Shown here piece after piece: positions 61,237-64,000 of a stretch of DNA of 64,000 nt. Made by a program: the position numbers and the translations under genes. Numbering within the stretch: the stretch's first letter is position 1; each line of letters starts with the position of its first letter. The stretch covers positions 16,937,208 to 17,001,207 of the forward strand of contig OU015568.1 of assembly GCA_907165135.1 (NCBI GenBank), given 5' to 3'. Source of the stretch: Oikopleura dioica (taxonomy: Eukaryota > Animalia > Chordata). Under the pieces are notes generated by a model. It ran no database searches. It saw only the letters and a list, made by a program, of their open reading frames with translations, and had not been told where the DNA came from.

Positions 61237-61346
61237 CGTTTTTCTGCGTTTATATCTTTTCTAAAGATTTATGATAAGTTTAAGAGCATTTATCTTTGAA
61301 AAAAATTATTGTCCTTTATTTTGAATTTGTTCAAAATGTTAGCATG

Positions 61347-63275
61347 TTAGTATTCATACGATGGATTGCAATTAGGGGATGTGTTAAAATGTGTTTTGTA
61401 CAGGTCTGTGTTATAAAAAGCTGATTTGCACATGTCGCAAAATAACCAGTTGTGGTTTTGGTGGTCGTTTTGCTTTTCAACTTGCTCCGCGACCATGATG
61501 AGAAAGTTGTAGTCTGGCATATCTGTCTGTTGATTGTCTGACACCGTCAATTTTGGCTCTTTCTTCTGCATCTTTGGGGCAAAGGAATTCAAACAAGGCT
61601 TTTTCTGCACTACTTCATTGAATTCACTCTCCTGATCTGTCTTTCTTTTGACGTTCCCTTAAAATTCTTAATATTTATACTAAATTGTAGTTTTACCTTT
61701 CCAGATAATTTCCAGCCCATCTGATGCCATTGTTTTGTTTTCGGGTGTCATGTTATTCGTCGTCTCTTTTGAAATCGGCACTTTTTTCGTGTTCGTCGGG
61801 CTTGTCGACAGTGTAAAAGATTGAGGCGTTTGTTGGGAGCTGATGGGCGGGATTGTTATGGGGGCGTAATAAGGAAATCCATTTGCCATGTAGTAACATG
61901 AATTTGCCGCGCTCGTGCTGTAAATGGGATTTCTCATCCAAGCCGGTCCCGTTGCAAATTCGCTGTTTATTGGCATACATTGATCGTATTGCTGTTGTGG
62001 TGTGAAGCAATCTATTTTGTCTTTCTGTTCTGTGCGTTGGCTGTGGTCCAATGGTCGCATTTTATTCTTGGTATGATGACTCTGGGTCACGGCCGGATTA
62101 GAGAATTCTTGGTGATTCTTGTATTTTTTCAAGTAGATTGACTTTTCATGGCCGCTTCCGATCATATGTATCTCAGCAGTCTTTCGGCTGACGCTGGCAA
62201 AACCACAAATGGTGCATCTATACGGATGATCGCCGTAGTGCTGCCGTGTATGTGCAATGACATCTTCATAATTTCTGAATGTGTACTTGCAGCAATCGCA
62301 CGCGTATGTTACTTCGCTCTCGGTCACTGGCAGAATTTTGAATGGTTTCAAATATTCTGGAATCATTCCTGTTGCCTGTTCAACAACATAAACCGTCTGG
62401 TATGCAGGAGCTCGCTATAAAAAATTCATATATTGTTATGAACCTATTATTTACCGGTACTGAGGGAGGTAAGTCAATTGGTTTGAAACTGTTCTGACCG
62501 TTGTAATACGGTTCGGGTGATTTTCTTTTAAGATGTTCTCCCGGTTGGATGATTTTGGACTCCTTTTCGCGTGGAAGTTGATTATGCTTATCTGCCTTGC
62601 GATTTTCTGTGGCAGAAGGGTCCGGCTCTTGTTTATTTACATCCATTGTCGATTCAGTCGGAGGCTCTTCGCGTTTTGGTCCTTCAATTTTTTTCATACC
62701 GCTGTGCCCCGTGCGAATGTGGTGGTTTTTGAGGCCCGATGATGATACCTAATTATTTAAACTTAAATTTTTATACTGCATATTACCTCAAAATAGTCGC
62801 AATCTGGTTCGGTACATTTAAATGGATAATCGCCGATATGTCGTCGAGCATGTGAAATGATCGAAAAATGCCCTATATATTAAATAAGTGTTCGTAGATC
62901 TTTTTGAGTAAAACCTTTTAGATGATTTTGACAAAAGTTGCATTCATAGACTGGTCTTTCAGGATTGACTGACTTCCCGATCAATTTGTAGGGTCTGTAA
63001 TACTTTGGCACTAGCCCTGTATTTTCCCATGCTGCGAAGCTTACTGAATATTTGTGATCGAGCTTCGGTCTCACAAAATCCATATTCGGCGTAGTTTTGT
63101 ACTGAGTTTTCTCAGGAGCGACGTTTTCGCATGCATTGGTGACGATTCCTGAGTCCTCACTGTCCAGGCGGGATTTTTTCCTGTTTCCAACGGTGGGACA
63201 TTTATCTTTCGGCTTCTCTTTTTTCTCGAGTTCTTCGGGGCGTTCGAAAGTATCGTTGTTGGTACTTTCCTCCAT
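61347..63275 (-). CDS. C2H2 zinc-finger protein with an internally duplicated two-finger module
   Basis: TGLVPKYYRPYK...YECNFCQ...HARRHIGDYPFKCTEPDC...HHIRTGH and GMIPEYLKPFK...YACDCCK...HTRQHYGDHPYRCTICG...HMIGSGH, plus a terminal FCDMCK...H finger. Confidence 0.85.
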
Positions 63276-63420
63276 TCTAAATTAAGTTAATTTATGCAAT
63301 TTGTCTTTGAATTCGAAAAACTGTTCCCGAGTGATTAGAAGAAACTTGACATTTTCGTAGTATCTTCTTCTTGTGTGTGAGGTAACTTAAAAATAACGTC
63401 AGAAAAGATAAAAATTGAAT

Positions 63421-64000
63421 GGCCCGAGCCATTGCTGAAGATATTTTCAGCGGCTCCGTGCCTGAATTAAAGGAGCCATGTACCAGTCATTAGTCAGGGA
63501 CAGGTGTCCAACTTTCGTGCGTACATGGTCCCCTTGGTATTTAATTTTTTCTTTGCATGATACATACTCCCTGAGTTGGAACTTCGGGGTGTCCCGTTAT
63601 TTGCCGCGTCTTTGCGTTCTTTTGGAAGCACTGCTGATCGTTTCGCGCTTCGAGAGCCGGTGAGAAGTTCTCTGAAAATGACGTTAGACTTTGATAACGC
63701 TAAAATGGCCTGAACCATTGCTGAAGATGTTTTCAGCGGCTCCGTGCCTGAATTAAAGGAGCCATGTACCAGTCATTAGTCAGGGACAGGTGTCCAACTT
63801 TCGTGCGTACATGGTCCCCTTGGTATTTAATTTTTCTTTGCATGATACATACTCCCTGAGTTGGAACTTCGGGGTGTCCCGTTATTTGCCGCGTCTTTGC
63901 GTTTTCTTGGAAGCACTGCTGATCGTTTCGCGCTTCGCGAGCCGGTGAGAAGTTCCCTGAAAATGACGTTAGACTTTGATAACGCTAAAATGGCCTGAAC
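63421..64000. repeat. ~285-bp tandem direct repeat (two full copies plus the start of a third, running off the window)
   Basis: Units start at 63421, 63707 and 63992 and are near-identical. On the minus strand each holds an acceptor (tttaattcag), an open frame (TEPLKTSSAMVQAILALSK...SNSG) and an intron-like AT tract. Confidence 0.92.

Larger units (their letters stand above)
24450..64000 (-). mobile_element. Large accessory block (candidate giant cargo-carrying element); right end outside the window
   Basis: Abrupt switch from conserved genes to AT-richer DNA with co-oriented orphan genes and diverged paralogues, nested transposons and a shared intronic motif. No transposase, integrase or viral core gene for the outer block was recognised. 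Confidence 0.45.

Noticed and set aside
24450-64000. Calling the block an endogenous herpesvirus, Polinton or Helitron
   Set aside because: No DNA polymerase B, capsid, terminase/packaging ATPase, integrase or Rep/PIF1 motifs were recognised in the window.

Overview
Intron-rich eukaryotic DNA, most likely the appendicularian tunicate Oikopleura dioica or a close relative (inferred from 35-80 nt introns, GA-AG introns, 50-300 bp intergenic gaps and acceptor-like AG directly before start codons). All identifications come from reading exons and recalling conserved motifs; no database search was run. The window has two halves. (1) About 1-24.3 kb is a compact minus-strand, operon-like array of conserved genes (PUS1, FGFR1OP2/SIKE-like, coiled-coil gene, AKAP14, divergent PTGES2-like, ARFRP1, USP2-like, VCPIP1, BSDC1, SRSF10/12-like, tRNA-Val(AAC), a Cys-rich protein) with several MITE/foldback insertions. 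(2) From about 24.4 kb to beyond the right edge is an AT-richer accessory block of mostly co-oriented, intron-containing, operon-like genes. It includes a Vasa/DDX4-like helicase with degenerate ATPase motifs (DEAD->DNAD), an apparently intact WRN-like RecQ helicase without an exonuclease domain, a CHRAC1-like histone-fold protein, a RING/coiled-coil protein, two C2H2 zinc-finger genes, a large protein with SIM- and CtBP-type motifs, and many orphan genes. Nested in it is an 8.9-kb Mutator element (32486-41413; ~117-bp TIRs, perfect 9-bp TSD AAACGTATC) carrying a MULE transposase, a Ulp1 protease and intron-containing decayed fragments of AAAS, SMARCA5/ISWI, CDC27 and CFAP20, i.e. an animal Pack-MULE-like element. 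The best candidates for an undescribed system are the outer block (possible giant cargo element with a chromatin/silencing toolkit; no mobiliser gene seen in this window) and the Pack-MULE.
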